Below, piece after piece: positions 10,108-20,825 of a DNA stretch of 64,000 nucleotides (the stretch's first letter is position 1; each line of letters starts with the position of its first letter). Under the pieces are notes generated by a model. The model searched no databases and was not told the DNA's origin. It was given only the letters and a program-made list of their open reading frames with translations. The DNA comes from Gemmatimonadaceae bacterium (GTDB lineage Bacteria; Gemmatimonadota; Gemmatimonadetes; Gemmatimonadales; Gemmatimonadaceae), in the NCBI GenBank assembly GCA_025928185.1, contig JAICKA010000004.1, forward strand, positions 19,008 through 83,007. Direction: 5' to 3'. Both the position numbers and the translations under genes were made by a program.

Positions 10108-12597
10108 TCATGGAAGTCGAGGGGTCGTGACTGGTTGGCCGAGCGCGCGGCCAAGGGCGTCGAACGCGCGGCCGAACGCCGTCCAATCGCCGCGGCGCAG
10201 CGCATCGCGCATCGCCGAATATAGCCGCGCCAGCGCGGGGTTCGTCGCACGGTTCGAGCCGCCGGGCAACGGTTGCACCGGCATCTCGAGCGAATCCGCG
10301 GCCAGCGGGACGCGCATTGGTGAGACGGACGTTGCGCTGTCGCCAACGAGCAGCGCCACCTGTTCGAGCGTCGGTACGCTCTGCGTGCGCCACCGATACG
10401 TCGGCTGCACGAAACCAACTCCCGAGCGAAGCGGTACGACGCGCACACGACCGTGCGCCATCGCGCCATCACGCGCGTTGGTGCCGGTGCTGTCGACCGA
10501 TCGCAGATGGTCGAGCACGGCGCTCCATCGCGGGGCGGCGGCGAGCGGATACCAGGACGTGCCCTGCGTGGCGCCGCCGGTACCGATCAGCAGTCCGCCC
10601 AGGCGATCGGTGTCGTCGACGAGCGGCAGCACCAGCGCGGTGGACTTCGCGTGCGGCAAGACCATCGGAACGTTGTCGCTCGCCAGCGTGCTGTCCGCTC
10701 CATCGAGCACCGGAACGCGGCGCGGAATGTTTTCGGTCGACCGCATTCCATACCGCCCGAACGCATTCGCCTGCGCGTACAGACCATCGATCGCCGGTGC
10801 GAGCAGCGGACGGATTCCCGCGGGCAGCGCGCTCCACGTGCCGAAGATCGTCGGCAGCGCACGAACCCACGTTGACGCAATCGGGTCGAGCACCGAGTCC
10901 GGCACGATGACGATTTCACCCGTTACGCCCTGCACCACGGCGACGGCTGCATGTCGGAAATAGCTTCGATCGGCGCCGGCGATTCGCGTCGGACGACTGA
11001 GCGGATAATCGCCGGACGCGGAATAGAGATCGATTGCCCAATACAGCGAGTCGCCGAGGAGCAGCGGCTGAACGCGGCGGCCCTGCACGAAGAACGGCGT
11101 CAACCGGTCCACGCGATCGCGAACGTCGAGATGCGAGATGAGCGTGGGATGCGGCTGCGGCAGATCGTCGGAGAACACGCTGACGTTCTGCAGCGACCAC
11201 GCGTGCGCCAGGCGCGACACGCCGCTCTCGAGCGGCGAGCCCGCCACGCGATCGAGCGAATCGGCAACGATCGTGACGAGCGGCGCGCCAGGATAGACGA
11301 GCGGCGCTTCGACTGGACTTTCGTCACCGGCGGCGACCGCCGGATCGGCCAGCTCCAGCGGACCGCCGCGGTCGTCCGAGCCGGCGGCGACAATCCGCGC
11401 GACGGTCCATGGCGCATGCGGCGCGGCGCCTGCCGGCGGTGGATCGACGAGATCGGCGATGAGACCGTGCGGTGATGCGTGCCACCCGATGCGGACATTA
11501 TGCTCGCCGCCGGCGCGGCCGTCGTCCACTGCGCGCGAGAGCGCCGGCGGATCCCACGCCGGCACCCACGGAATCGCGCTGGCCAACGACGCGTAGGCCA
11601 CCGATGAATCGGCAACGGCGATGAGATCGACGCCGAATGCGCGGCGCGTGTAGCCAGCACGCGTTTCGAGATACGGTCGTTCGCGCGCTGCCTGCTCGGC
11701 GTCCGTTCCCGAATGGCTCACGATCGCAGGCGCGACGCCGCGGATGATCACCGAGAAGACGACGACGGCGATCACCGAGATGGCGGCAAGACGGAGTTGG
11801 CGCGCCAATCCGGCCCACAAGACGATCAATGCGGCGCCGAGCGTGATGAGCGCGAGCAGCAGATCGCCGGGAATGCCAACGTGATGATCGACATACGCAA
11901 AAGCGCCCAGCTCGCCGCTGCCGCCGATCAGCAGCGCGTACATGTCGAGCCGGTAGCTCCACGCCAGGAGCAGCAGCAGAATGCCGACGAGCACCGTGAG
12001 ATGCCGCCGCACGTACGTCGACGCGTAGAGCGATGCCCCGCGCTGCCACTTGAGACTGGGCGTGAGCGCGTATAACAGAATGACCGTGATCCCGACGACG
12101 GCAACGGTCACGAACACCCACGTCCACAACTCGCTCTCGAACGGCAGGCGGTAGACGAAGAAGCCGAGATCCTGGCCGAAGTATGGATCCATCTCGCCGA
12201 ACGGCCGGCCGTCGCGCGCCAGCACGAACGTCGTCCAGTCATTCTGTGGCAGCGCGAGCAGCACGCCGAGGATCACCGACAGCACGATCGCCGCGGTGAG
12301 CAGATACCGACCCGGCACTTCCTCGCCGATCTCGAGATCGCCGACGCGCCGCGGAAACACGAGCGACACGACCGACTGGCGCACGGCATACAAGTTTGCG
12401 AATGCGAACAACCCGCCGAGCACCGCGGCGCCGCCGCGCAGGATGGTCAGGGCAGCGAGCCGCGTGCGCCAGAGCGCCGTCGCGGCGAGCGAATCGTACC
12501 AGAGGTATTCGGCGTACGCGCCGGCGAGCGCGCGGCCGGCGATCAACAGGACCGCGGCAGCCGCCAGCGCGAGCAGGAGCCAGCGGCGTGGCGTCAT
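10108..12597 (-). CDS. UPF0182 family large membrane protein
   Basis: 829 aa. The N-terminal ~290 aa have multiple hydrophobic helices and a YAEYLWYDSL motif resembling the UPF0182 N-terminus. Large soluble C-terminal domain. Family call is from memory, function unknown. Confidence 0.6.
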   Translation of the reverse strand: MTPRRWLLLALAAAAVLLIAGRALAGAYAEYLWYDSLAATALWRTRLAALTILRGGAAVLGGLFAFANLYAVRQSVVSLVFPRRVGDLEIGEEVPGRYLLTAAIVLSVILGVLLALPQNDWTTFVLARDGRPFGEMDPYFGQDLGFFVYRLPFESELWTWVFVTVAVVGITVILLYALTPSLKWQRGASLYASTYVRRHLTVLVGILLLLLAWSYRLDMYALLIGGSGELGAFAYVDHHVGIPGDLLLALITLGAALIVLWAGLARQLRLAAISVIAVVVFSVIIRGVAPAIVSHSGTDAEQAARERPYLETRAGYTRRAFGVDLIAVADSSVAYASLASAIPWVPAWDPPALSRAVDDGRAGGEHNVRIGWHASPHGLIADLVDPPPAGAAPHAPWTVARIVAAGSDDRGGPLELADPAVAAGDESPVEAPLVYPGAPLVTIVADSLDRVAGSPLESGVSRLAHAWSLQNVSVFSDDLPQPHPTLISHLDVRDRVDRLTPFFVQGRRVQPLLLGDSLYWAIDLYSASGDYPLSRPTRIAGADRSYFRHAAVAVVQGVTGEIVIVPDSVLDPIASTWVRALPTIFGTWSALPAGIRPLLAPAIDGLYAQANAFGRYGMRSTENIPRRVPVLDGADSTLASDNVPMVLPHAKSTALVLPLVDDTDRLGGLLIGTGGATQGTSWYPLAAAPRWSAVLDHLRSVDSTGTNARDGAMAHGRVRVVPLRSGVGFVQPTYRWRTQSVPTLEQVALLVGDSATSVSPMRVPLAADSLEMPVQPLPGGSNRATNPALARLYSAMRDALRRGDWTAFGRAFDALGRALGQPVTTPRLP

Positions 12598-12598
12598 G

Positions 12599-13969
12599 TC
12601 ACACGCGAACGCCTTGTTCGCGCAACCACCCTTCCATTTCGCCTCGAATGGCCGCGAGCCGCTGCGGTGTCCTGGCTTCGTACCGGGCGACGATCACGGG
12701 CTGCGTGTTCGACGCGCGGATCAGCCCCCAGCCGTCGCCGAACAGCACGCGCACGCCGTCGACGTCGATCACGTCATACTTGGAGCGGAAGTGCTTCACT
12801 GCGCGATCGACGAGCCCGAACCTGAGCTCTTCCGGCACCTCGATGCGCAATTCAGGCGTCGAGACGAAATCCGGCACGTCGGCGAGCAACTGCGCAACGG
12901 TGCGCCCGGAGTCCGCGAGAATGCGCAGCAGCCGCGCCGCGCCATACAGCGCGTCGTCGTGGCCGTAGAAGCCCTCGCTGAAGAACATGTGGCCCGACAT
13001 CTCGCCGGCGATCGGCGCGTGCATCTCGCGCATCTTGTCCTTGATGAGCGAGTGCCCGGTCTTCCACATCACCGGCTTGCCGCCCGCATTTTCCACCGCC
13101 ATGGGGAGCGCCTGCGAGCACTTCACGTCGAAGATGATCGGCTGGCCGCGGCCGGTGCGCTCGAGCACATCGCGCGCGTAGAGAATGAGAATGCGGTCGC
13201 CCCACACGATGCGGCCCGCGTCGTCGACCACGCCGATGCGGTCGGCATCGCCATCGAACGCGATCCCGAGCTCGGCGCCGTCCTCGAGGACCGCGGCGAT
13301 CAGATCTTCGAGATTTTCCGGAACCGTCGGATCGGGGTGGTGATTCGGAAACGTGCCGTCACTCTCGCAGAACAAACCACGTCCCTGTATGCCGAGCCGC
13401 TCGAACAGCGCCGGCGCGACGAGCGAACCGGCACCATTCCCGCAATCGTAAACTGCGCGAATGGGCCGCGCGAGCGGTCCGATCCGCTTCACGATGTCAT
13501 CGAGGTAGGCGTCGATGATGGCCTCGTGCCGCACACCGCCGGGCGTCTCCGCCGGGCGGCCAGGCCGCTGCGTCAGGGTATAGAGATGTTGTATTTCCTC
13601 GCCGTGCATCGACGCGGTGCCGAGCGACAGCTTGAACCCGTTGTATTCGGGTGGGTTGTGCGATCCGGTGATCTGGATGCCGCCGGCGACCGGAAGCTTG
13701 TGCAGCGCCCAGTAGTTCAGCGGCGTGGGGACGACGCCGATGTCGATGACGTCCACGCCCGCGCCGGTGAGCCCCTCGACGAGGGCCTCCCGCAGCATCG
13801 GGCCGCTCGGCCGGTTGTCGCAGCCGACGGCCACCGCGCCGCGAACACCGCGCTCGGCCATGTACGCGGCGTAGGCCGCACCCACTCCCCCCGCCGCTTC
13901 GGCGGTGAGATCCTTGCCGACGATGCCGCGGATGTCGTATTGCCGGAAAATGCCTGACGCGATGCTCAT
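12599..13969 (-). CDS. phosphomannomutase/phosphoglucomutase (alpha-D-phosphohexomutase)
   Basis: 456 aa. GIQITGSHNPPEYNGFK active-site Ser loop (AlgC/ManB type rather than the GlmM SASHNP type), FDGDADR Mg site and GEMSGH sugar loop. Confidence 0.85.
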   Translation of the reverse strand: MSIASGIFRQYDIRGIVGKDLTAEAAGGVGAAYAAYMAERGVRGAVAVGCDNRPSGPMLREALVEGLTGAGVDVIDIGVVPTPLNYWALHKLPVAGGIQITGSHNPPEYNGFKLSLGTASMHGEEIQHLYTLTQRPGRPAETPGGVRHEAIIDAYLDDIVKRIGPLARPIRAVYDCGNGAGSLVAPALFERLGIQGRGLFCESDGTFPNHHPDPTVPENLEDLIAAVLEDGAELGIAFDGDADRIGVVDDAGRIVWGDRILILYARDVLERTGRGQPIIFDVKCSQALPMAVENAGGKPVMWKTGHSLIKDKMREMHAPIAGEMSGHMFFSEGFYGHDDALYGAARLLRILADSGRTVAQLLADVPDFVSTPELRIEVPEELRFGLVDRAVKHFRSKYDVIDVDGVRVLFGDGWGLIRASNTQPVIVARYEARTPQRLAAIRGEMEGWLREQGVRV

Positions 13970-14009
13970 ACCAGATCTCTGAACGACGGAGGCGGCGCGG
14001 GCCGTCGGC

Positions 14010-15590
14010 CTAGCGACGGGCGTCGTCGGCCGCGGTGGCGACGTGATGAACCGAGTCGGCGGGCGAGATCGCGATCGGCGCGGGCAGCGTCGTCGCGGTC
14101 GGTGCCGATTCCATTCGTGGCAGACCGTCCCGCGCGAACCGTACCACCTGCTCCGGAACCACGCCGATGATCAGGATGAGCGCCACCGTGATGCCGAGCA
14201 CCATGCGCGTCAGTCCACCCGAGCGCTCCGGAACCGGCGCGTTCTCCGGCCGCGGCCGCATGAACATCAGCAGAATGACGTAGAGATAGTACCCCGCCGA
14301 TACCACCGTGGTCAGCACGAGCACGACCGCCAGGGTCGTTTGCTTCGAGGGCGCCTGTAGCGCCGCCTGCAACACGTACCACTTGGCAAAGAATCCCGCG
14401 CCGCCGAAGATCGGAAACCCGAGCAACGCGAGCATCAGGATCGCCATTCCAAGCGAGAGCCACGGCCGCACGCTCCACAGTCCGGCGAGGTCGTCGAGCA
14501 TCACGCTGCCCGGCCCTTCGCGCGTGAGCGTCACCACCACGGCAAAAGCTCCGAAGGTGGCGAGCGTGTAGATCAGCAGATAGAACAGCATGGCCGACGA
14601 GCCCTGGAAGGTGCCGGCGGCGATCGCGACGAGCAGATAGCCCGCATGCCCAATGCTGGAGTAGGCGAGCAGCCGCTTGAGATTTCGCTGCATGAGCCCG
14701 ATCGCGTTGCCGAACACCATCGTCGCGATGGCCAGTCCGCTCAGCGCCGCGTGCCACGCACTGAAGTCGAGCGGGAACGCCTCCAGCCACACGCGGATGA
14801 AGGCGGCAAATGCGGCGGCCTTGACCGTCGCGGCCATATACGCCGTGATCGCCGAGGGCGCGCCTTCGTAGACGTCGGGCGCCCACATGTGGAACGGCAC
14901 CGTCGCGACCTTGAAGCCGAAGCCAACCAGCATCAGCGCGATGCCGGCGATGAGCAGCGGGCTCGCGCCCAAGCCGAAGATCGCTACGCGGCCGGCAATC
15001 AACGTGAGATTCGTCGTACCGGCGGCGCCGTACACGAGCGCAATGCCGTACAGCAGGAACGCCGTCGAAAACGCGCCGAGCAGGAAGTACTTGAGCGCGC
15101 CCTCGGCAGAGCGTTCGCGCCGGCGGTCCATGCCGGAGAGCGCGTAGACCGAGATCGACATCAACTCGATGCCAAGAAAGACGATGATCAGGTCGCGCGC
15201 CGCCGCGAGCAGCATCATGCCCGACGTGGCGAGCAGGATCAGGACATGCGCCTCCGGCACGCGAATGCCGGCGCGCATGTTGTCGTCCATGCTCAACGCG
15301 ATGGCGAACACGGTGCCGAGCAGGATGACGACGTCGATCAACCAGCGGAAGTTGTCGAGCGCGATCGGACCTGGTCCGGCTTCGTACCGGCCCGCCCAGT
15401 TGAGCGCGAACAGGATCGTGATGCCGCAGAGAATGATGCTCGCAATGCCGACGGCGCGCTGATGCCGATCGCTTTCCGGGTACCACGCCGCGAACAACAG
15501 CAGGATCATCGCGCCGCCGATCAGCACGAGATCCGGCACGAGCGCGAGCGTGAGCTGCGCAGGAACCGAGAGGTCCAGCGTCGTGATCAT
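14010..15590 (-). CDS. nuoN: NADH-quinone oxidoreductase subunit N
   Basis: 526 aa polytopic antiporter-like protein from the ATG at 15590 (MITTLDLSVP...), an ATGA overlap with the nuoM stop. Last gene of the nuo operon. ORF-track N-terminal extension removed. Confidence 0.9.
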   Translation of the reverse strand: MITTLDLSVPAQLTLALVPDLVLIGGAMILLLFAAWYPESDRHQRAVGIASIILCGITILFALNWAGRYEAGPGPIALDNFRWLIDVVILLGTVFAIALSMDDNMRAGIRVPEAHVLILLATSGMMLLAAARDLIIVFLGIELMSISVYALSGMDRRRERSAEGALKYFLLGAFSTAFLLYGIALVYGAAGTTNLTLIAGRVAIFGLGASPLLIAGIALMLVGFGFKVATVPFHMWAPDVYEGAPSAITAYMAATVKAAAFAAFIRVWLEAFPLDFSAWHAALSGLAIATMVFGNAIGLMQRNLKRLLAYSSIGHAGYLLVAIAAGTFQGSSAMLFYLLIYTLATFGAFAVVVTLTREGPGSVMLDDLAGLWSVRPWLSLGMAILMLALLGFPIFGGAGFFAKWYVLQAALQAPSKQTTLAVVLVLTTVVSAGYYLYVILLMFMRPRPENAPVPERSGGLTRMVLGITVALILIIGVVPEQVVRFARDGLPRMESAPTATTLPAPIAISPADSVHHVATAADDARR

Positions 15591-17218
15591 GGCTGGATCT
15601 CCGCCACGTTGCGAATCGGCGCGCCCTGTCGGGCCTGCACCGTTGCCACGAACTTGTTGGCCGCACCTTCCATCCGGCGGAGGACGGGCGCGGGATAGAC
15701 GCCGAGCCAGACGATCGCGACGACCAACGGCACCATCACCGCGAGCTCGCGGAAGTTCAGATCGGGCATGTGCAGGTTTTCCGGCTTGTCGAGCGCGTTG
15801 AACAGAATGCGCTGGATGGCCCACAACAGATACGCTGCCGAAAAGATCACGACGATGGTGGAGACGGCCGCGAGCACCGGCTCGGTGCGGAAGGAGCCGA
15901 GCAGCACGAGGAACTCGCCGATGAACCCGTTCGTCCCCGGCACGCCGATGCTGCTGAAGGTCACGATCGTGAGCAGCGCCGCGAGCATCGGCGTCACGCG
16001 CGCAATGCCGCCGTACGCCTCGATGAGACGAGTATGCCGCCGTTCGTACATCATGCCGATGAGGAAGAACAGCGCGCCCGTCGAGATGCCGTGGTTGATC
16101 ATTACCATCAGGGCGCCCTGCACGCTCTGCGTGGTGAGCGCGAAGATGCCGAGCATCACGAACCCGAGATGGCTCACCGACGAATACGCGACGAGCTTCT
16201 TGAAATCGGGCTGCACCATCGACACGAGCGAACCGTACAGGATGCCGATCACCGCGAGCACGAGGATGATGGTGCGGATCGTCGGGTTCATCGCCGCCGT
16301 CGGAAAGAGCGGTACGGCCAGACGCAGGAACCCGAACGTGCCGAGCTTCAGCATGATGCTCGCGAGGACCACCGAGCCAGCCGTCGGCGCTTCCACGTGC
16401 GCGTCAGGCAGCCAGGTGTGGAACGGGAACATCGGCACTTTCACGGCGAACGCGAGGAAGAACGCGCCGAACAGCCACTTGGCGGCGGTCGACGTGATCA
16501 CCCCGTGCTGGATCACGTAGTCGTAATTGAAGTTCGCGATGCCGGTCACCGGGTTCCGGCTCGCATAGCCGAGATAGACGATCCCGACCAGCATCAGCAT
16601 CGAGCCGACCATCGTATAGATGAAGAACTTGAGACTCGCGTAGACACGCCGCTCGCCGCCCCAGATTCCAATGATGAAATACATCGGAATCAGCATCACT
16701 TCCCACATCACGTAGAACAGGAAGAGATCGATCGAGAGGAAGACGCCGAGCATGCCCGTCGTGAGCACGAGCAGCAGCGCGTAATAGCTGTGCGCGTGCC
16801 GGCGGATGCTCGTCCAGCTTCCGCCGACGGCGAGCAGCATGATGAAGGTCGTGAGCAGCACCATCATCACGGCAAAGCCGTCGATGCCGAGCGTGAAACG
16901 AGTGCCCCACGACGGAATCCACGTCCAGTCGACGACCGATTGCCAGGCGGTGGACGACGGATCGAAGCTCCACCACAGGCCGAGTGAAACGATGAACTCG
17001 ACCACGAAGAAGAAAAGGGCGAGGCCGCGCGCCGCGTGCGCCAGGCCGCCGGTGACTTCGTCGGCGGGAGCTGGCGCGCCGAGCGAATTGGCCGCCGGCC
17101 GCGGCGACTCGACGGCGGCGCCGTGAATCCAGATCACCGCCGCCCCGACGAGCGGAATCAGGAGCAGGATCGGAAGGACCCAGTGCGTGTAGCCGATGGA
17201 CGACAGGAAACCCGTCAT
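15587..17218 (-). CDS. nuoM: NADH-quinone oxidoreductase subunit M
   Basis: 543 aa antiporter-like subunit (WLPDAHVEAPTAGSVVLA motif). Operon position. Confidence 0.93.
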   Translation of the reverse strand: MTGFLSSIGYTHWVLPILLLIPLVGAAVIWIHGAAVESPRPAANSLGAPAPADEVTGGLAHAARGLALFFFVVEFIVSLGLWWSFDPSSTAWQSVVDWTWIPSWGTRFTLGIDGFAVMMVLLTTFIMLLAVGGSWTSIRRHAHSYYALLLVLTTGMLGVFLSIDLFLFYVMWEVMLIPMYFIIGIWGGERRVYASLKFFIYTMVGSMLMLVGIVYLGYASRNPVTGIANFNYDYVIQHGVITSTAAKWLFGAFFLAFAVKVPMFPFHTWLPDAHVEAPTAGSVVLASIMLKLGTFGFLRLAVPLFPTAAMNPTIRTIILVLAVIGILYGSLVSMVQPDFKKLVAYSSVSHLGFVMLGIFALTTQSVQGALMVMINHGISTGALFFLIGMMYERRHTRLIEAYGGIARVTPMLAALLTIVTFSSIGVPGTNGFIGEFLVLLGSFRTEPVLAAVSTIVVIFSAAYLLWAIQRILFNALDKPENLHMPDLNFRELAVMVPLVVAIVWLGVYPAPVLRRMEGAANKFVATVQARQGAPIRNVAEIQP

Positions 17219-17256
17219 TTATGGATGCTGGTGGCTGGTGGCTCGTGGCGCGCGCA

Positions 17257-19482
17257 TCATCGAATGCTGAATGCTCCGAGGACGGCGAGCACGCCGACGG
17301 TCAGGACCCACGCATACGTACCGAGATTGCCGCTCTGGAACTGCGATCCGACCCATCCGAAGAATCGGGCGACCCACGTACTGCCGGTCACACCGAGCCC
17401 GTCGATCAACCCCTTGTCGACGCCGCGCCAAAGCAGGCCGCGCGACACGCCGACGACCGGCTGGACCACCGCCGCGTCGTAGATCTCGTCGACGTAATAC
17501 CGGTCGGCGAGCACTTTCTCGATCCCTTCGTCGGCCGGCGCCTCGCGCTTGGGCACGAGCCGCGCGGGCTTGAGGACGACGATCGCGGTCACGATGCCGG
17601 CGATCGCGATGAGAACGGCGAGTCCAACCAGGCCGTACTCGAGGCCCGATGATGCCTCGGGCGCGCCGGCAACCACTCGCGCGGTGGCGTCGCCAACCAC
17701 CGGATCGAGCCAGTGCTCGAGCCCCCCCACCGGACCCACGACGCTCGCGAAGTCCGGAAGGTTCAACCAGCCACCCACCAGTGCGAGCAGGCCGAGCACG
17801 ACGAGCGGACCGGTCATGATCCACGGCGCTTCGGTGAGATGCGTGCGCTCCACTTCGCCCGTGCGGTTCGGGCCATGGAACGTATACAGCATCATGCGGG
17901 TCATGTACACCGCGGTCATGAAGGCGGCGATCACGCCGAGCGCGTACGCGACGTACAACCATGCGCTCCCCGGAATGCCGAACAGGTGCGCGCTGGCGAT
18001 CGTCGAGTACTGCGCCCGCGCGAAGAGCGCACCGAGGATTTCGTCCTTGGAGAAGAAGCCGGAGAACGGCGGAATGCCCGAGATCGCGAGCGTCGCGATC
18101 CACATCAGGATGAACGTGACCGGCAGATAGCGCCGCAAGCCGCCCATGTTCCGCATGTCCTGGGCGTCGTCGTGATTGTCGGTCGCGTGATACGCGGCGT
18201 GCATCGCGAAGATCACCGACCCCGAACCGAGAAACAGCAGCGCCTTGAAGAAGGCGTGCGTCACGAGGTGGAACACGCCAGCCACGTAGGCGCCGGAGCC
18301 CACGCCGACGAACATGTAGCCGAGCTGCGAGACGGTGGAGTACGCGAGCACCTTCTTGATGTCCCACTGCTTGAGCCCGATCGACGCCGCGAAGATCGCC
18401 GTGAGCGCGCCGATCATCACGACGACGATCTGCGCGACGGGTGCCATCGAAAACAGCACGCTGCTGCGCGCAATGAGATACACGCCGGCCGTGACCATCG
18501 TCGCCGCGTGGATCAGCGCCGAGACCGGAGTCGGACCGGCCATCGCGTCCGGCAGCCACACATAAAGCGGAATCTGCGCGCTCTTGCCCGCGCATCCGAG
18601 AAAGAGGAACAGGCAGATCGCCGTCACGACCGGTCCCCCGAACGCGAGCGCCGTCGCGCCGGTGCGAATCGCCGCAAAATCGAGCGTTCCCAGATTCGCA
18701 AACAGCAGGAACATGGCGATGAGAAAACCCGTATCGCCGATGCGGTTGACGAGGAATGCCTTCTTGCCCGCGTCCGCGTTCACCTTGTCGCTGAACCAGA
18801 AGCCGACGAGCAGGTAGGAGCAGACGCCCACGCCCTCCCAGCCGACGAACATCACGGGATAATTGGCGCCGAGCACCAGCACGAGCATGAAGAACACGAA
18901 CAGATTCAGGTACGCGAAGTAGCGCGGATAGCCTGGATCCTCCTGCATGTAGCCGACGCTGAAGAAATGGATCAGCGTGCCGACGCCTGTGACCACGAGC
19001 ATCATCAGCATCGAGAGCTGATCGAGCTGGAAGCTCGCCGAAAGCTGGAGATCCCCGACCGGCATCCAGGCGAAGTAGCGCTGGATGAACGGCGACGCGA
19101 TCGAGCCGCCGCCCGCGGCGCGCATCGCGAAGAAGATTGCCGCCGCGAGAAGGAACGACAGCACCAGCACGCCCGGCCCGACGATGCTCACGATCGTCGC
19201 GAACGGATGGTGTGCGACGGCGTGATGATCGTCTCCCGCCGCGCCGCCGCCGGTGTCGGCGTGTCCGTGCGGCGCGCCCGCCGGTGCGCCGTGCGTGGCA
19301 TGCGCATCGCCGTGCGATCCGCCGGGATCCGCCGGTCCGGAGTGGAATGCGCTGAACAGCGACAGCGCGCCGTTGATGAGAAAGCCGAGGAACGGCAGGA
19401 GCGGCACCGCCCAGAGCCAATCGGCCACCGTGCCGTGCAACGGATGCGTGCCCGCGGCTGCGGCTTGCAGGAGTGGAAGCAT
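17257..19482 (-). CDS. nuoL: NADH-quinone oxidoreductase subunit L, with a His-rich insertion after TM1
   Basis: 741 aa from the ATG at 19482 (1-nt overlap with the nuoK stop). WEGVGVCSYLLVGFWF and WLPDAMAGPTPVSALIHAATMV motifs. Long C-terminal region consistent with the lateral helix. Confidence 0.9.
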   Translation of the reverse strand: MLPLLQAAAAGTHPLHGTVADWLWAVPLLPFLGFLINGALSLFSAFHSGPADPGGSHGDAHATHGAPAGAPHGHADTGGGAAGDDHHAVAHHPFATIVSIVGPGVLVLSFLLAAAIFFAMRAAGGGSIASPFIQRYFAWMPVGDLQLSASFQLDQLSMLMMLVVTGVGTLIHFFSVGYMQEDPGYPRYFAYLNLFVFFMLVLVLGANYPVMFVGWEGVGVCSYLLVGFWFSDKVNADAGKKAFLVNRIGDTGFLIAMFLLFANLGTLDFAAIRTGATALAFGGPVVTAICLFLFLGCAGKSAQIPLYVWLPDAMAGPTPVSALIHAATMVTAGVYLIARSSVLFSMAPVAQIVVVMIGALTAIFAASIGLKQWDIKKVLAYSTVSQLGYMFVGVGSGAYVAGVFHLVTHAFFKALLFLGSGSVIFAMHAAYHATDNHDDAQDMRNMGGLRRYLPVTFILMWIATLAISGIPPFSGFFSKDEILGALFARAQYSTIASAHLFGIPGSAWLYVAYALGVIAAFMTAVYMTRMMLYTFHGPNRTGEVERTHLTEAPWIMTGPLVVLGLLALVGGWLNLPDFASVVGPVGGLEHWLDPVVGDATARVVAGAPEASSGLEYGLVGLAVLIAIAGIVTAIVVLKPARLVPKREAPADEGIEKVLADRYYVDEIYDAAVVQPVVGVSRGLLWRGVDKGLIDGLGVTGSTWVARFFGWVGSQFQSGNLGTYAWVLTVGVLAVLGAFSIR

Positions 19483-19764
19483 CAGCCTTTCAGCAGGTTG
19501 ATGTTCTGAAGATCGACCGTCTGCCGGTGACGGAAGAGCGCGATGATGATCGCGAGGCCGACCGCCGCTTCCGCGGCCGCCACCGTCATCACGAAAAAGA
19601 CGAAGACCTGCCCAGCCGCGCCGTACGCCTGCGCGAACGCCACGAACGTCAGGTTCACGGCGTTCAGCATCAGCTCGACGCACATGAACACGATGATCGC
19701 GTTGCGGCGGGTCAGCACGCCGATCACGCCGATCACGAACAGCACGGCGGAAAAGAACAGCGCC

Positions 19765-19775
<11 letters not shown>
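19482..19775 (-). CDS. nuoK: NADH-quinone oxidoreductase subunit K
   Basis: 97 aa, three-helix protein ([21 protein letters not shown]...). Start set at the ATG at 19775. The ORF-track start at 19808 is also possible. Confidence 0.87.
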
Positions 19776-20330
<555 letters not shown>

Positions 20331-20331
<1 letters not shown>

Positions 20332-20825
20332 TACTCGCCCTTGGGATCCGCGGGATCCCACATCTCGCACACCGGATGCGTCTGCGCCATCAGCCGCTCG
20401 AGGTCGTAGACGAACCCCTCGCGACTGTATTCGGAGTTCTCATAATGCCGTCCGACGTGAATCGCTTCTTCCGGGCAGACTTCCTGACAGTAGCCGCAGA
20501 AGATGCAGCGGAACTCGTCGATCTCGAACACCAGCGGATAGCGGTTGCCGTTCTCGTCCTCGCCGGGTACCAGCTTGATGCAGTTCGCCGGGCACACCGT
20601 GGGACAGAGGCCGCAGGCGACGCACTTCGCCTTCCCGTCCTCGTTCGTCAGCATGCGATGCGTGCCGCGCCAGCGCGGCGAGATCGCCCATTTCTGCTTC
20701 GGGTACTGGACCGTCACCTTCTCCCGGAACAGGTGCTGCAGCGTGAGCGACATGCCCTGCAGCGTCGCCCGCACGTAGCTGGTCTGCTCGATCGGACGCT
20801 CGAGCACCTTGACTCCGATGGCCAT
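20331..20825 (-). CDS. nuoI: NADH-quinone oxidoreductase subunit I (2x[4Fe-4S] ferredoxin-type)
   Basis: The last 164 aa of ORF 20331..22214 are NuoI, with two CxxCxxCxxxCP motifs (CVACGLCPTVCP, CIFCGYCQEVCP). The ATG at 20825 overlaps the nuoH stop. The rest of that ORF is an alternative frame over nuoH. Confidence 0.92.

Noticed and set aside
17219-19420. 733-aa minus-strand ORF, and the 598-aa plus-strand ORF at 17713..19509, over nuoL
   Set aside because: These are an alternative frame and the antisense strand of nuoL, whose frame carries the diagnostic antiporter motifs. Both are Arg/Gly-rich with no motifs. The same reasoning applies to 13966..15666 (-) over nuoN, 12296..13957 (+) over the PMM/PGM gene, 55566..57275 (+) over icd, 61056..62621 (+) over rng, 22456..23886 (+) over nuoG and 8479..9810 (+) over sucC and the carbamate kinase gene.
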